Shown here piece after piece: positions 43,401 through 58,200 of a stretch of 64,000 bases of DNA (positions within the stretch are counted from its first letter, which is position 1; every line of letters starts with the position of its first letter). The stretch lies in contig NC_069000.1 in the NCBI RefSeq assembly GCF_001194135.2, positions 10,008,254 to 10,072,253 of the forward strand, written 5' to 3'. The stretch is from Octopus bimaculoides (Eukaryota). The notes below the pieces were generated by a model. It had not been told where the DNA came from and ran no database searches. It saw only the letters and a program-made list of their open reading frames with translations. The translations under genes were made by a program, and so were the position numbers.

Positions 43401-46400
43401 ATGAAATTATCCATAGAACACTCTGATATATACACTCATTGTAGGCACTGGTATTACAATAATTTTTTAATGAGATAGTGCAAATTGCTAGCCAAACCCA
43501 TGATACAGGTTTCAATTCCACTTAACACATTAACTGCTGTGGCCTGTTACTAGGACTTACCACATATTTCAGATCACAATGCATACTGTTTAATTACAAG
43601 GAAATGTAGTATTTTTTTTTTTGCCTTTTTATAATATTTCATAATTAAACTTTAATATTTAGCATTCATGTTACTTAAATATCCTGGAAATCACATCAAA
43701 GATATAGAATAAAATATTTTCTCAAATTATGAAAATGTACCACTGGTGGGGGGCATATGGCAGTCACATGAAGTTTGCAATGAACCACTGGTGGTACATG
43801 CGGCAGTTAAAGTGTTAGTCAAAAGCCTGGAGAGAAATGAGCTCTGTTGGAACATTGTCTATGGCACAGAGCACACAAAGATAAAATGTTGTGACTGAGT
43901 AATCCAATGCTATATTCATTTGAGAGTAACTACACAATTTTCTGAGAAAATTGGATAGAATCTGAAGTGAGTTAGTTTCAAAAGACAAAGACTTACCTGA
44001 TTATCTCTGAAGATGTTAGGATGTCAGATTTAGTGCAGATAAAGGCTATGCTTCCATACTGACCATCCATCATTAACTGACGCCGAAAACTTTCTCCCAG
44101 CAGGTCTTTTGCAGTACGGTCATCGACAGCACGATGAATACTGGACACCACCCACACAGCGTTGCAATTTTTCAGATACTGCATAGTAATAACAACAACA
44201 ACAATAAATGATGATGAAGATAACAACAATAATAATGATTTCAAATTTTGGCACTTGGCCAGCAATTTCAGGGAGGAGAGTAAGTCGATTGCATTGACCC
44301 CAGTACGCAACTGGTACTTGTTTTATTGACCCCCAGAAGGATGTAAGGCAAAGTCAAACCTAGCGGAAGTTGAACTCAGAACGTAAGGACAAACGAAATG
44401 CCGATAAGCATTTCAGCCAGCTCGCCACTTTAATAATAATCATTCCTAATATAGGCATAAAGGCCTGAAATTGATTACATTGACCCCAGTGTTTAACTGG
44501 TACTTAATTTATTGACCCCAAAAGGATGAAAGGCAAAGTCGACCTTGGCAGAATTTGAACACAGAACATGAACGAAATATCGCTAAGCATTTCATCAGGC
44601 ATGCTAACGATTCTACCAGCTCACTGCCTTAATAATAATAATAATAATGAGGAGGAGGAGGAGGAGGGGAGGAGAATGGTTTCAGATTTTGGCACAAAGC
44701 CAGTAATTATAAGGGGCAGGGGGTAGTTGATTACACTGAAACCCCACTTTCAGCCGTGATCAAAAGTTACTTATTTTATTGACCCAGAAAGGATGAAAAG
44801 TAATGTCAATTTCAGGAGAAATTTGAATTCAGCATATAAAGGGCTGGAAGAAATACCACTAGGCATTTTGTCTGATGTACTGCTAATTATGCCAGCTGGT
44901 GCCTTAAGAATAACAGTAGTAACAGCTGGTGTTATTTTCATTGTTACTTACTTCTTTAGCGATTTTATCACGAGCAGCATTTGAATCCCTGACTCCAGGT
45001 AAATCAACAAGGATGGCTCCACTGCTGAGTACATCACTGTTAGGTATGTAGATCTTGACATTCTTGACCACTGGCCAGTACTGATTGCCAGTACCTTTGT
45101 CTGAAGACTCAATGTAATGGTCAATATAGGATTTGAACTCCTCAGCCTGCAAAGCAAATAAAACAAAACCCGTTTTAATCAAGGATAACAGATGTTTTAG
45201 AAAACCTACCCTTTCAAGAACTTACCAAAATCCTTTAAGTCTTAACCACACAATATATTTCATGACAATTAACTATAAAATACATTTTTGTATACCAACT
45301 TTGAGCACCTTTAGTTTTACGATACAAAACTTATTATTTTAAGCCTTTGGCATTCAAGCCAGCCATACCCAGCTCAAATATTCTACCTGTTTTATTTTAA
45401 AACTTGCCAGATTCAGCCTCTCACACCTATCCAACCATGCCATTCTAAAAGTAAACAATAACAATTGTATTATTATTTACTTTTGCTGTAAAAGGAATTA
45501 TCACAACGTTTTCACTATCATAATTCTTTGCTTTATGTTCAGCTAACTGGACTGTTATCTTGCTTTTTATATACAATAATGTCTTCTGCTTTCGTTATGG
45601 CACTTTTGTAACATATTACATTGCACTGCTGGACTGCTTTAAGTATTACATGCTTTTTGATGTGTGAAAGCATTTTTGCCTGAATGTGCACTGCTGAAAC
45701 CAGGGTGTACCAAATATACTCATGCATCTTCTGTGCTTCCAAATATGGTAGTTATTTAGCTAAATCCCTTCAAATTCTTGATTATTCTCAAAATTAAACT
45801 TAATGGTATTTCATTAGAAACAGAGCAATGGAAGGGTTGAAGAGATGATTTGAATTGTTGTTTGTTGTAATTTGCTAAATTTACAAAGAAGAAATCTAAC
45901 CTTCGATGCCTTGATATGTTTGGTTTTGCCAAGCCATGATGTGACTGATGTTGATGTCTTTTTCAAAACATCAATTGTTGAAACTTTACCGTAGACAGCT
46001 TTGATTTTGCTAAATGCCACACCTGTCTCTGACTTGGGGTCAAGATTGCGACTGGAGAAATGAATCTTGCCATCGGAGGACTGGAGATCGCCAAACAGAA
46101 TTTCTAGTTCGTCGTTCCATTCCTAAAAAAAAACAGGAGAGAAAGAGGATATAGTATGGGGAATGTTTTATAAAACTCATATTAATACATTCATAGAATA
46201 TACGCTAATACAGATATAAAAAATAAAAAAATCAACACACATCTGTCTACAGATATGCCCATGCAAGAATTTACATCAACTGCACATTCACAGAAAACAT
46301 GCACACATATGCACACTCGCTAAAAGCATACTGGAATATTTGTATGTGTATATATGTATATATGTGCAAGCATGAATGTCCTTACACTCTCATATCTCTC

Positions 46401-46824
46401 TCTCTCTCTATATATATATCTATATATATATATGTTCTTTTACTTGTCTCAGTCTTTTGAGTGCGGCCATGCTGGAGCACCACCTTGAAGGGTTTTAGTC
46501 AAACAGATCGACCCTAGCACTTACTATTTTAAGCCTAGTACTTATTTTAGCAGTCTCTTTTGCCAAGCGGTGATGAGGGGTGACAAACACAGTTACACAC
46601 ACACGCACATGAAAGAAGCCCACCGTATACATACATACATACATACATACACATATATATATACATAAGCTTCTTTCAGTTTCCGTCAACCAAATCCACT
46701 AAAAAGGCTTTAGTTGGCCTGAGGCTCAAGTAGACATTTGCCCAAGGTGCCATGCAGTGGGACTGAACCTGGAACCATGTGTTTGGGAAGCAACCATTTT
46801 ACCACACAACTGCGCCTGCATCTG

Positions 46825-46900
<76 letters not shown>

Positions 46901-49778
46901 GATATATATAAGTATAAACAAATTCAAAAATATCCCGTCATATACTCTCAAACACTTTCATGTTACTGATGCCCCATTCTAACTTGAGTACACACACACA
47001 CACACAACCTGTAATAATAACTAGCTACAAAACGGGAGGAAATGATTATTAACAGATAATTGGAGCAGTGAGCATGTTTGGTTGGGTTGCAATGAGTCCA
47101 TGTTGTAGACACATACAACCAAACGAAACCAAACCGAACATGGAAATGTGAACAAGAATGAAATATTACATTAGACACCATAACATGAACTCTACCAACA
47201 ACGCTTAATGTTGTTTGTGTAAACTAGGTGATCTGATCTGATTGGACTAAAATCGGAAAAAAAAGACAATGTTTGGATAAATAAACAACATAAACAGGCT
47301 CCATATTGAAACAAGGTTTCCAGCATAAGCAAACAATCATTGTTTACAAAACACAACACACGTTCTCTTTAATGTTTGTATGTGCAAGTGTTTGTTGTTG
47401 TGGTGGTGGTGGTGGTGGTGGTGGTGGTGGTAATTATCATCATCATTATTATTATTATTATTATTGTCATTATTATTATTGTTGTTATTTAAATACAAGC
47501 AAACATACATCAAAACAAACAGTAAAGTTTGAAATTTGGAACAAAGCATTGAAATCAATAATCTTTCCAATCATAATCACACAAAGGCTTGCAGAACCAA
47601 TCACAGGATTCTAAAAACTAATTTACCGAATATATTCTCCACAGAATTCCCACCACACACACACACTCTCTCTCTCTCTCTCCACCATCATCCCACTGCA
47701 CTGTATCACATTCCACCCCACTCCTCCCGCTACATCATCTCCCAGAACTGTGTACCTGAATGAAATTATTACACGCCACAGCCATTAATTAAAACAAACC
47801 GTTTTTCTCCTCTTGAAAGAATCATTTCTCTACAGAATTACTTACCTCAAGAGATAGGAAATCAATATCGGCCTCGTAGCAGTTGGTGCGCAGGTTTTGC
47901 TGCACTTCAACTACTACTGCAGTGCATGCTCTCATGCCCGACGTCGGCAGAATGTTCCCGTGATCCAACAAAGCGTTCAGCAAGCTGGATTTGCCGGCGC
48001 CCGTGTCACCAACCACAGCAATAACTGTCCGCGGAAGTTTCAATTTTTTGTTCAGTTCATTGAGTTCTTCACTAAAATATGGGAGAAAAAGGTATGATAA
48101 AAAAAAAAAAAGCAAAAGAAAAAAGTAGAGTATAAGATAGAGGATGAGTGAATGGGAGAGAGAGTGGGGGTAGCAGATTGGGGGGGGGGGNNNNNNNNNN
48201 NNNNNNNNNNNNNNNNNNNNNNNNNNNNNNNNNNNNNNNNNNNNNNNNNNNNNNNNNNNNGGAACACATGCACAACAGAATATCCTTTTATTCTTTTACT
48301 TGTTTCAGTCATTTGACTGTGGTCACGCTAGAGCACCGCCTTTAGTCAAGCAAATCGACCCCAGAACTTATTTTTTGTAAGCCTAGTACTTATTCTATCG
48401 GTCTCTTTTGGCAAACCGCTAAGATACGGGGACGTAAACACACCATCATCGGATGTCAAGTGATGTTGGGGGGATAAACACAGACTCACAAACATACATA
48501 CACACACATGATGGGCTTCTTTCAGTTTCCATCTATCATATCCACTCACAAGGCTTTGGTCGGTCCGAGGCTATAGTAGAAAATGGGGCAACTGCTCATA
48601 CCACAAGAGAAACAATGCAGTGGCAGTGCTTTGGAGAGAGAATAATCTCCCACTACGCAATGTCAACTGGCCTTCACATTCCCCAGACTTGACTAGCCTG
48701 GATTTTTTCTTGTGTGTATGTGTGTGTTTATTTGTATCCAACAAATGAAGTGTAAACTCACATGTTGATATTTTGAGGGAAGTTGGTTACATCAACCTTA
48801 GTGCTCAACTGCCACTTTATTTTATCAACTCGAAAGGGTAAAAGGCAACATGAACTTCAGAAGATAAAGAACTGGAAGAAATGCCGTTAAGCATTTTGAC
48901 CAGTGTGGTAGCAATAATAACAATTGTAGCAATACTCACAGCCATTTTCGTACTCGATGTAAATTTTTCAAATCCTCCCGATTATCAAGAACTTTCCGGA
49001 TATTCTGTACAATTTCTGAACACCTGAAATGGACCAAATAAATTTGATAAGTAACACTGAATTTTATGAGAAATTGTCATTTCTAGATATAAATGTAATT
49101 TGCTCAACTGGGAATTGAACCTGTACTGCTAACACAACTTACTAATTGAATGTTTAACCTTTGACCCTTTGGATAGAGAACTTTGAAGGCTGCCTGTGGG
49201 ATGCAAACCCACATCTTCTGTAAACAAGACAAACGTCAGCAATATATAAATATACATACAATGCGTTTCCGTCTACCAAATCCACTCACAAGACTTTGGT
49301 TGGCCCAGGGTTATGGTACAAAATGCTATGCAGTGAGATTGAACCAAAAACCAATTGGGTGAGAAGCAAGCTTCTTGACCACATAACCACACCAGCACTT
49401 TTTTGGTTGTTTATTACAAATATATTTTTATTTACTTCATTCCCAATTAACACATTTTACTGACCTGCACTGTTACCTACTTGTGATGACCTCTTCTGTT
49501 TGCTATTTGCTTTTAAATAATTAGGTTATCTCAGACCATTGACCTGAGATAAGTCATTCAAATTATTTTTGTTTGTGACTTATTCTTTTATTTGTTTCAG
49601 TCATTTGACTGCGGCCATGCTGGAGCACCACCTTTTAGTCGAACAAATTGACCCCAGAACTTATTCTTTGTAAGGCAAGTACTTATCCTATCGGTTACTT
49701 TTTGCCGAACCGCTAAGTTATGGGGGACTAGAGAAAGAATCCAACACATATATGCATAGATACATACATACATATACA

Positions 49779-49815
<37 letters not shown>

Positions 49816-52800
49816 ACGTGTGTGTATCTATGTGAGTGTGTATGTTTATGCATCTGTTACTTTTCAACATGATTAGTCCACATTACTCAAAAAGGAGCAT
49901 AGGGCTGCAGTTTCTCTGGTGTATATATTCCTCCCCTGGATGGGATGCCAGTGCATTGCAGGAATGCTCATTTTTACCAGCTGAGTGAACTGGAACAATT
50001 TGAAATGAAGTGATTTGCTCAAGAGCACAACACACTGCCCAGTCCAGCAATCAAAACCACAGTCTTACGATCATGGGCCCAACGCCCTAACCACTAAGCC
50101 ATATGAAAATATAAAAATGCAACAATGAATTTGTATAGAATTTTGACTTTTGACTTCTTTGTGCAGGAATTTTAATGTTATAGACCAGATTCAAAATGAA
50201 GATATACAAAGACAGACAAAAATTTTAAAAAATTGGGATACATACTTTGGTATTTGGCTTGCTTCTTCATCAAGGAGCTTTTGACAAGCTTGTGAAGATG
50301 CTGTCAATTCATCTTCTGGAATGTCTTCTGCATTTTGGTTGTCGTCTTTCGTTTCCATTTCAGGAGGGGACACTGGAACTGTCTTTTTAATCTTTAAATA
50401 CTTTCGCTTCTCTCTTAATTTCTCCAGAAGAGAACGTGCCTTGTCTTTGTCAACTTTTGGTAGTTTCATTGTCTTCTTGCTCATGCCATCCTGAAGATCA
50501 GACTGGCTAGACTCGTCAAAGTGATGTGTTGCGTGGGTACTTGACAAATTACTTGGACTGGAAGAGCCACACGTGTCTGCGGGCTGGTCTTGTTCGTCAG
50601 TTTTTAATTTCTTTGATGAGGAAGCATTTGCAGCTGCCATCGCAGCCTTCCTCTTCCTGATACTGAGCAATTTCTCAGAAATGCGTTGTCTTGCTGGTGA
50701 AATCGTGTCAGTTTTGGAAGCTTTCGTGTTGCTATTGCTTTTGTTATTGTCATTGTTGTCTTTCTCCGATTCCTTTGACAATTCTTTGTCATTACTAGAC
50801 TTCGATTCATTGTTCACTTCATCTGTCTTCTTCTCTTTATTGCCATCACCATCATTGTCAATATCATTGTCATCATCATCATCATCAACATCGTCATCGA
50901 GGTCTTTTAATTTAGTAGACAGTCCCTCTTCAGTATCCTTTTCACTAAAATTTAGGGAGTCTACATCATCTTCATCACCAAATTCCTCGTTAGAAATATC
51001 ATCTTCGTCTTCATCAAAATCTTCTATATCTCCATCTTCGAAGTTATCATTGTCTATATCTTCTTCCTCGTTAACATCCTTTTGTTCAGGTGCTGCCTCA
51101 GAGGAATTACTCTGTGTGAAGACATTCTCCACACGGCTGCTCTCTTCTTCTGCTTGACTCGTTGATGCTGAAGAATTTGCAGGATCAGTAATGGCAGCAG
51201 CAACAGTAGAAGTAGCTGGAGTGCTAGACGAAGAGGTAGATGAAGTAGAAGTGACTGAGGTGGATGCCTGTGAATTATGTTCTTTCGTTGCTGTATGACT
51301 TGAGACATGTGTTGATGATGGCTGCTCAGGAAGTGGTGAAACAAAGACACGATTTTGCTCACTTCCAGTGGAACCGGCAACAGCAGAGTCATAACCAGGA
51401 TCCGACTCTTTCTCAACTTTTATACTGGTCTTGATATCTTTGAAAGTTGTGGATACCCAGTTGTCATTTTCCTGCTCGACATTCAAGTTTGGGTTCTCGG
51501 CAGGTGTCGATGATGGCTCGGGTAAGTAAAACACAATCTCTTTTTTGATATTTTCCTCTAACAAACCAGCTTTCATCGGTCCTTGGTCTTGCCGCCAGTC
51601 TTGTGACGCTACATTATTTCCTTGAGGTATTTGCTCACTTTTGAAAACCATCGAATTACTCTGCGATCCGTTTGTTTCAGTTGAATGCTTTGCATCTTTG
51701 GAGGCAGAATCCATAGAACCTTTTGAATCTACATGCAAACTGTGCTCAGAAGACTGTGGCATATAATATGGAGAGTTGGGGCTATAAAAGTTTGACTCTG
51801 TTTTCACGTTTTCTATTAATTTTTCTTTTACAGAATTGGATTCCCAATTTTGTTTAAGATCTTCATTTGATTGTAACTCTCGTTCCTGTTTCAAAACCAA
51901 TAACTCCCCATCGAGAGTTTTAGGGAGACTTTCACTTCCCTTAGAACAGGGATCAACAGGCGTAGAACTTTTTGATTCCCCTAATGTAGCATCGCTGTTC
52001 GTAGTGTGGGAATCTGGGTCATCTGGCAATGGAGTTATATTGGGACTGAGCAAGAGTTCTTCATCTTCGGTGTTTTCAAGGCTTTTATTTAAATCAACAC
52101 CATCATCATTCAACAGCATATCATCATCAGTTTCATAATCCGTTAAATCACTTTTAACACTGGCCTTAAGCTTAGCATCAGGAGATTCGACTTTGGTCAC
52201 ATGCTGGGGTAGCTTCGTTACAGACGATGTATCTAAAGAAATGAATCAATAAAAGAGATTAGTATATCACTGCCATTATTGTAACTATCATCATTACTAC
52301 TTCTACCAGCATCATTATCATGGATGCGAGTAGTATTATTATTTATAGAATTTTAAAATAAATTCCATCAATTCATAATAAAACAAACGGAAGTTTCTTA
52401 ACATATGCTAGGATAAAATTAACAACTAGAGATAATTTTCAGTAATATAATGATGAGATTTTCATAAGGGCTAAAATAATGTGTATATGGAAGTGAAACC
52501 AAAACTATTTATAAATACAATGGGATACATCTATCAAACAAATTTAAGTAAAGACAAAAATAATGGGAAGGAAGTTCTAAATACGTGTGTGTGTGCATGC
52601 ATGCATGTGGTGTACATGTATATGTATGCACACAAACATGCAAGATTCAACAAGAAGGGAGTGGGGGAAGAGTACTTAATGCTGAATGTAGAGTATTATG
52701 TTTAATGAAACCAAAACTTGTAGGTTCAAAGTTTTCAGTTCTCTGCTCCTCAGATAAAACATGAGGGGATCAAGAAATATGTTATTTTGATTATAGGAAA

Positions 52801-55240
52801 AACTAGGACAATAAGAGTTTTTTTTACTGGGTAACAATTGAAAAGAAGATAAAAATAATGGCAAAAATAGTTTTAGAAGGTTAAAAATAAAGAAAATAAA
52901 ACTTTAATGATAAGAGATAAAACAATAACAAAATATGAGATAAAGATGAATAACAGTTGTAACTATCAAAGGGTTTGAGAAGAGGAGGAGAAGGAAAGAG
53001 TTTTTTGTTTCATTTTTCTTTATATTTCATATTTTACAGGTGCAGTCATTGCTTAAGAATTGTATGTTAAAGCTGAAAGACAAACTGTTATGATTAGAAA
53101 GGGGTTCATGGAATGGTATGTATTATTTACGACATGTGCACACAAGTAAATATGTTCACGCATATACACACATTTGTAAAGAGAGGTGTATAGATGTATA
53201 GACACGACTAAGGCAAACAGAGGTGACATAACAACAACAATAATAATAAATGTCAAGATGGAAACGTTGAAAAATGAGTAAACAACTAGTCTCAGCTGCA
53301 AGATTTACAGTCTTATGAGATCGCACTGCAAGGGAGTGAAAATATGTAAAATCTCAAAGTGAAAGAAACATATTCGTCCTTCTTACGTCTGTTTTTCCAC
53401 GGTCGCATGGGTTGGATGAATACAGATTACTGAGGCACGGTTTTATAGTTGAATACCCTCTCTGTTGTTAGCCCTTTACTTCAAAAAGAAGCAAAGGATA
53501 TTTTCCTTTTTTATTCTACTTGTCTTTGAAAGTGCAGAGGTAGAGAATGCTTTGTTGATAAAAGCATCAACAAATATCTTCAGTTTTAGTTTAATGCTTC
53601 CATGCAAAGATGTAGCATTTACGCATGTGCACACATGCACACACACACACACATACATATATATCAGTTACAAGGATCCATAAAGAATCAACATGAAGCA
53701 TGCCGCTAATTGTGTAGACAAAATCACACAGAGCAGAGAGTAAAGTAATTCGTTATCAGTGCAGAAGGCATTGATGAAGTTAAGACACTGCTGTTGGGTA
53801 ATCTGCAATTCTAATAGAAAAAAAAAACTATTCAACAAAGAATAAAATAAATAGTGTGACATAAATAAGACAATACAAACAGATGGATTTCCGAGTGTTG
53901 CTATGACTGTTTTTGTTAGGGGTTTCTATTTTGATGTCAATATAAATACAGGTATGGAAGCTAACAGATTATGCAATACACTATGCAACTTCTCAAAACA
54001 GAATGGAGTTTGGGAGTTGCACAGTGTATTTATTGCATAACTTGTAGAACTATATTATGCTTATCGTCATCATTTAACGTCCGCTTTCCATGCTAGCATG
54101 GGTTGGACAATTTGACTGAGGACTGGCAAGCCAGCAGGCTCCAATCGGATCTGGCAGAGTTTCTACAGCTGGATGCCCTTCCTAACGCCAACCACTCAGA
54201 GAGTGCAGTGGGTGCTTTTACGTGCCACCGGCACGAGGGCCAGTCACACAGTACTGACAACGGTCACGCGCTAAAAGGTGTTTGTTACGTGCCACCTGTA
54301 CAAGAGCCAGTCCAGCAGCACTGGCAACGATCTCGCTCGAATGATTTTCTAACGTGCCACCAGTACAAGTGCTAGAAGGCGACGCTGGTAATGATTATGC
54401 TCAAATGGTGCTATTTACGGGCCACTAGCATGGAAGCCAGAGGGTTGTCTGCCAACGAACATGCTCGGACAGTGCTGTTAGTGCTCCACTGGCGCAGGTG
54501 CCAATCATCGAGTATGGTTCAATTACGATTTCTATTTGACTTGCCCCAACAGGTCTTCGCAACGAAACAACTGTAGCAACAACCAGAAATCCATTTGTTT
54601 GTTTTTCTTTTATTCTACACACACACACGTTCATATATATATATATGATGGGCCTCCATCAATTCAACTGTCTACATTATAGACACCAATACACACACAG
54701 TCTCTTATTATTGAGTACCAACTAATTTGGGGACTGTTTGACTTCTACTTGGTCAACTTGTTTGCAGACATGATTTGTGTCATAGCAAGCATTATATTTA
54801 TTTGGATTATATTCATATATTTATATTCCAAAACTGGCTTTTTAGAACAACATACTACTGGTCTAAAATATTAGTTCCTTTCTTTTTCTTCTTTTCTTTC
54901 TTAACATGTTTCAGTTTTACTAATAGCGTTTCATGATATGAATGGTTGCAGAAACAAACATGTTTATTACAAGAGAACAACGAGATAAAAATATACACAT
55001 TCTCTTTATATGATAAATCAGTCATTCTTTCTCTTTTATTTTTTTTTCATATAAGACTTTATGTCAAAGCTTTGAGAAAATTTATAATTATATACAATTA
55101 TTCATTGAAGCCTTTCAGCGAATAATATTGTTTTGGACAAGTTGAGGGGGGTACTCTATGGAGTGCATGCGAGTTTTGTTGCCACTTCATGCATACGTAA
55201 ATATGTATGTATGTGTATATGTATGTATATGTGTGGTATG

Positions 55241-55282
<42 letters not shown>

Positions 55283-58200
55283 TGTGTGTGGTCATGTGTT
55301 TATATATGTGTGTGTGCATGTGTGTGTATGTGTATGTATGTGTGTATGTTTTTATACACACACACACTCACTCACATACACAGACATATAATTAACATGA
55401 CTCTTAGTTTTAAATTAAAAAGCTCCAAATGAAATTAGTGAAGCACTAGCATAGTATAAATAAAGACATTAGAGAATTAAGAGTGAGATACCCGAGGGTA
55501 TGTTGTTTGGTACTGCACTGAAAGGAGTGAATGTTGGACAGAAAAAACAAAAAAAACAACTTGATATCCAATTAATTAAATAAGTGCAAGTCCAATCAAC
55601 AGAGGTAAATGAAACAGAACACAGTAAACAATTCAAAATAATGGAAAATTACAATTACAAATAATACAAGTATAAACATCCATACCCATCGGATATTTCC
55701 GTCAACAAAGACAATTGCAGGAAGTTATAAAAGGACATGAAACAAGAGTGCTGTAGAAATAACTGCAATATGTTTGTTTATTGCTTCAATAAAATGGGTG
55801 ACAGAGAGAGAGAGAGAGAGAGAGAAAAAAGCAGATGGGCAGACAGACAAAAAGAAGAGCAAGGGCCATTGAATGCTGAGTTTGAACAAACAACTCCAGT
55901 TCAGGGGACAACATAGAAAATGGCAGAGTTAAAAAAAAAAAATAATAAAATAAAATAAACAAACCTGAAGACCTTATTTGGAGATACTCCGATAATTCAT
56001 GCAAATGTAAGAGTTTGTAAACCCATATTGTCAGAACAGAAAATATGAGAAAAAAAAAAAAACAAAAAAAAAAACACCTACAGAAACAAATGAAACACTT
56101 ACCTAAATTTGAAGGGTCTCGGGAAACATCTTGTTCCAGTATAGGTAAAGATGCAGTTGATTGACTTTCAGACTTTGTGTCATCGAGAAAAGCGTGCTTA
56201 TCATCAGGAGGTCGGTCGTTCTCTCTCTCTGCGGAAGCCGTTGCCGTTGTCACACCAGATGAAATGCATGCATACTGTGTCTGTGAGTCAGTGTATGTGT
56301 CTGAAGAACTGTTGGTATCAGGGTTAGCACAAGAAAGATCATTCTCTTCTTTGATAGTGTGTTTAGTGTCTGGCTCGGATTTCTCCAGCTTCACGTGTAC
56401 CTGCTGATCGCCAGATTCCATTGGTGCATCAACAATGAGATCATGCTTCCAGTCATTACTAGAGTTTGTTGACGATGCACTATGAGAATCTGGCATGGCC
56501 ACCACTACGGAACTTGTAGTAGAAGCTCCTTCTACTACTTGTGACCTGTGAGATGTGGTGGAGCTATCGTTATTGTTATTGTTGTTGTTATTGTTGGCTG
56601 TTGTGTTTGTGTTGTTAGTGTTGTTTGTGGGTGAGTTTTGTACAGTGGTTTCATTGTGTTGTGTTCTAACGGAGGGATGTGTAAATATGGGAGGTGATGG
56701 AGACAAGGTGGTTAGATGTGGTGGTGGTTTTATTATTGTGTTTGGATGAGAATTACCTACAAATGAAGGCATCGCTTTGTCGATGCCAGTTGAGCCAACA
56801 ATTTGTTGTACGTCAGAAGTATCCATTGGACGGCAACTCTGTGATATCATAGACTCTAACGTAGATGCAGCATGAGGTTTAGAAAGTGACAGCTGATGCT
56901 CTGACACCGTTGTATCTGCCTCAACTCGTACGTCCGCTGATGAAGGGACCACACTGGGTTCGGCTGTTGGGACTACTTCTTCGATGCGGCATGTCGAAGC
57001 TACACCACTCTGACTGTCATCCGCAATAGCCACCAAGTTGTGGTCACCAACAAGACCTGCCTTGGAGACAAGTTTATTGTCCATGCCAATTTTGAACTCA
57101 AATTTGGTGACTAAACTTAACTCACTAGAATTGTCCGAGTTCATATTACAAGACACGCGCTGAGAAAAGCCAGACACAGGGGTGATATTTGGATTTTTTA
57201 TATGGAAGGTCCCTTCCATCACTTTTGGTGAGTTGGAAATGTTTACAGAAACATTTGCTTCATCACAGACCTTTTTCTGGGAGGGCTGTTGGTTTGGTGG
57301 AGAAAGCTCAAGCTTTCGTTTGCTGAGCTGGCTGATGTCCACATAACTGGGTTGGCTCAGCAAGGTAGCCGAAGGATTGTTGGTCCCTAGTAAACTATCT
57401 ATAGCAACTGGAATGTTGACATCTTTATGTAATCCACCAGCATGGCCGTCAGCAGGTATAATCCTGGTCACTGGCTGCTGCCGGTTGTCCAAATTAAATA
57501 AATGGTGTTGATCAACGTTGGATGAAATGGCATCTTCAGAGTCTTTTATTTTAACTGTCTGACCATAGTGAGTCCGCACAAAGGTTTCATGAGGATGGCT
57601 TGTTGCTTCGATGGATCGTTGGTTGTGTAAATGAGAGTCGCTTTGTGGGGAGCGGTGGTCAGGTTGAATCGTGTCATCATCGTCGATGATAATGTGAACT
57701 TGTGAAGTGCTGTTGTCAACACTTTGGTCAGGCAGCATGGGCCGAATGCCACTGATCAGAGGGTTTTTGGGGAAAGAGCAACTTACCTGATGATAGTCAT
57801 ATTCTTTTTTGGGGACAATATTTGTACATTCAATGACATCTGTATTTTCTGGCTGCGAACTCTCAACAATCATACTACTACTACTATTACCACTATTACT
57901 TCTGTCGTAAGTCCGAGGGTTCTCAATGACAGATTTATATGCTCGGTCCTTATCTCTGTTATTTCGGCGAGGCACATTACACCGAAACGGTGAATCAGAC
58001 TGCTTGATGTCAATAATTTCAATGTCTGGGTCAGTCTGGTCACTACACGAGGGGTTAGAATGGGGTTGCAGCGGTTTTCGAGAAATATCAGCAGTAGAAA
58101 AACTACAGTTTTTGGTAGAAGACGACGTGGAACTAGGGTATCGACCGAGATCTTCTAGTTCTCGAAGAGTATTAGCCTCAATGCGGTCTAGAGCAGCTAG

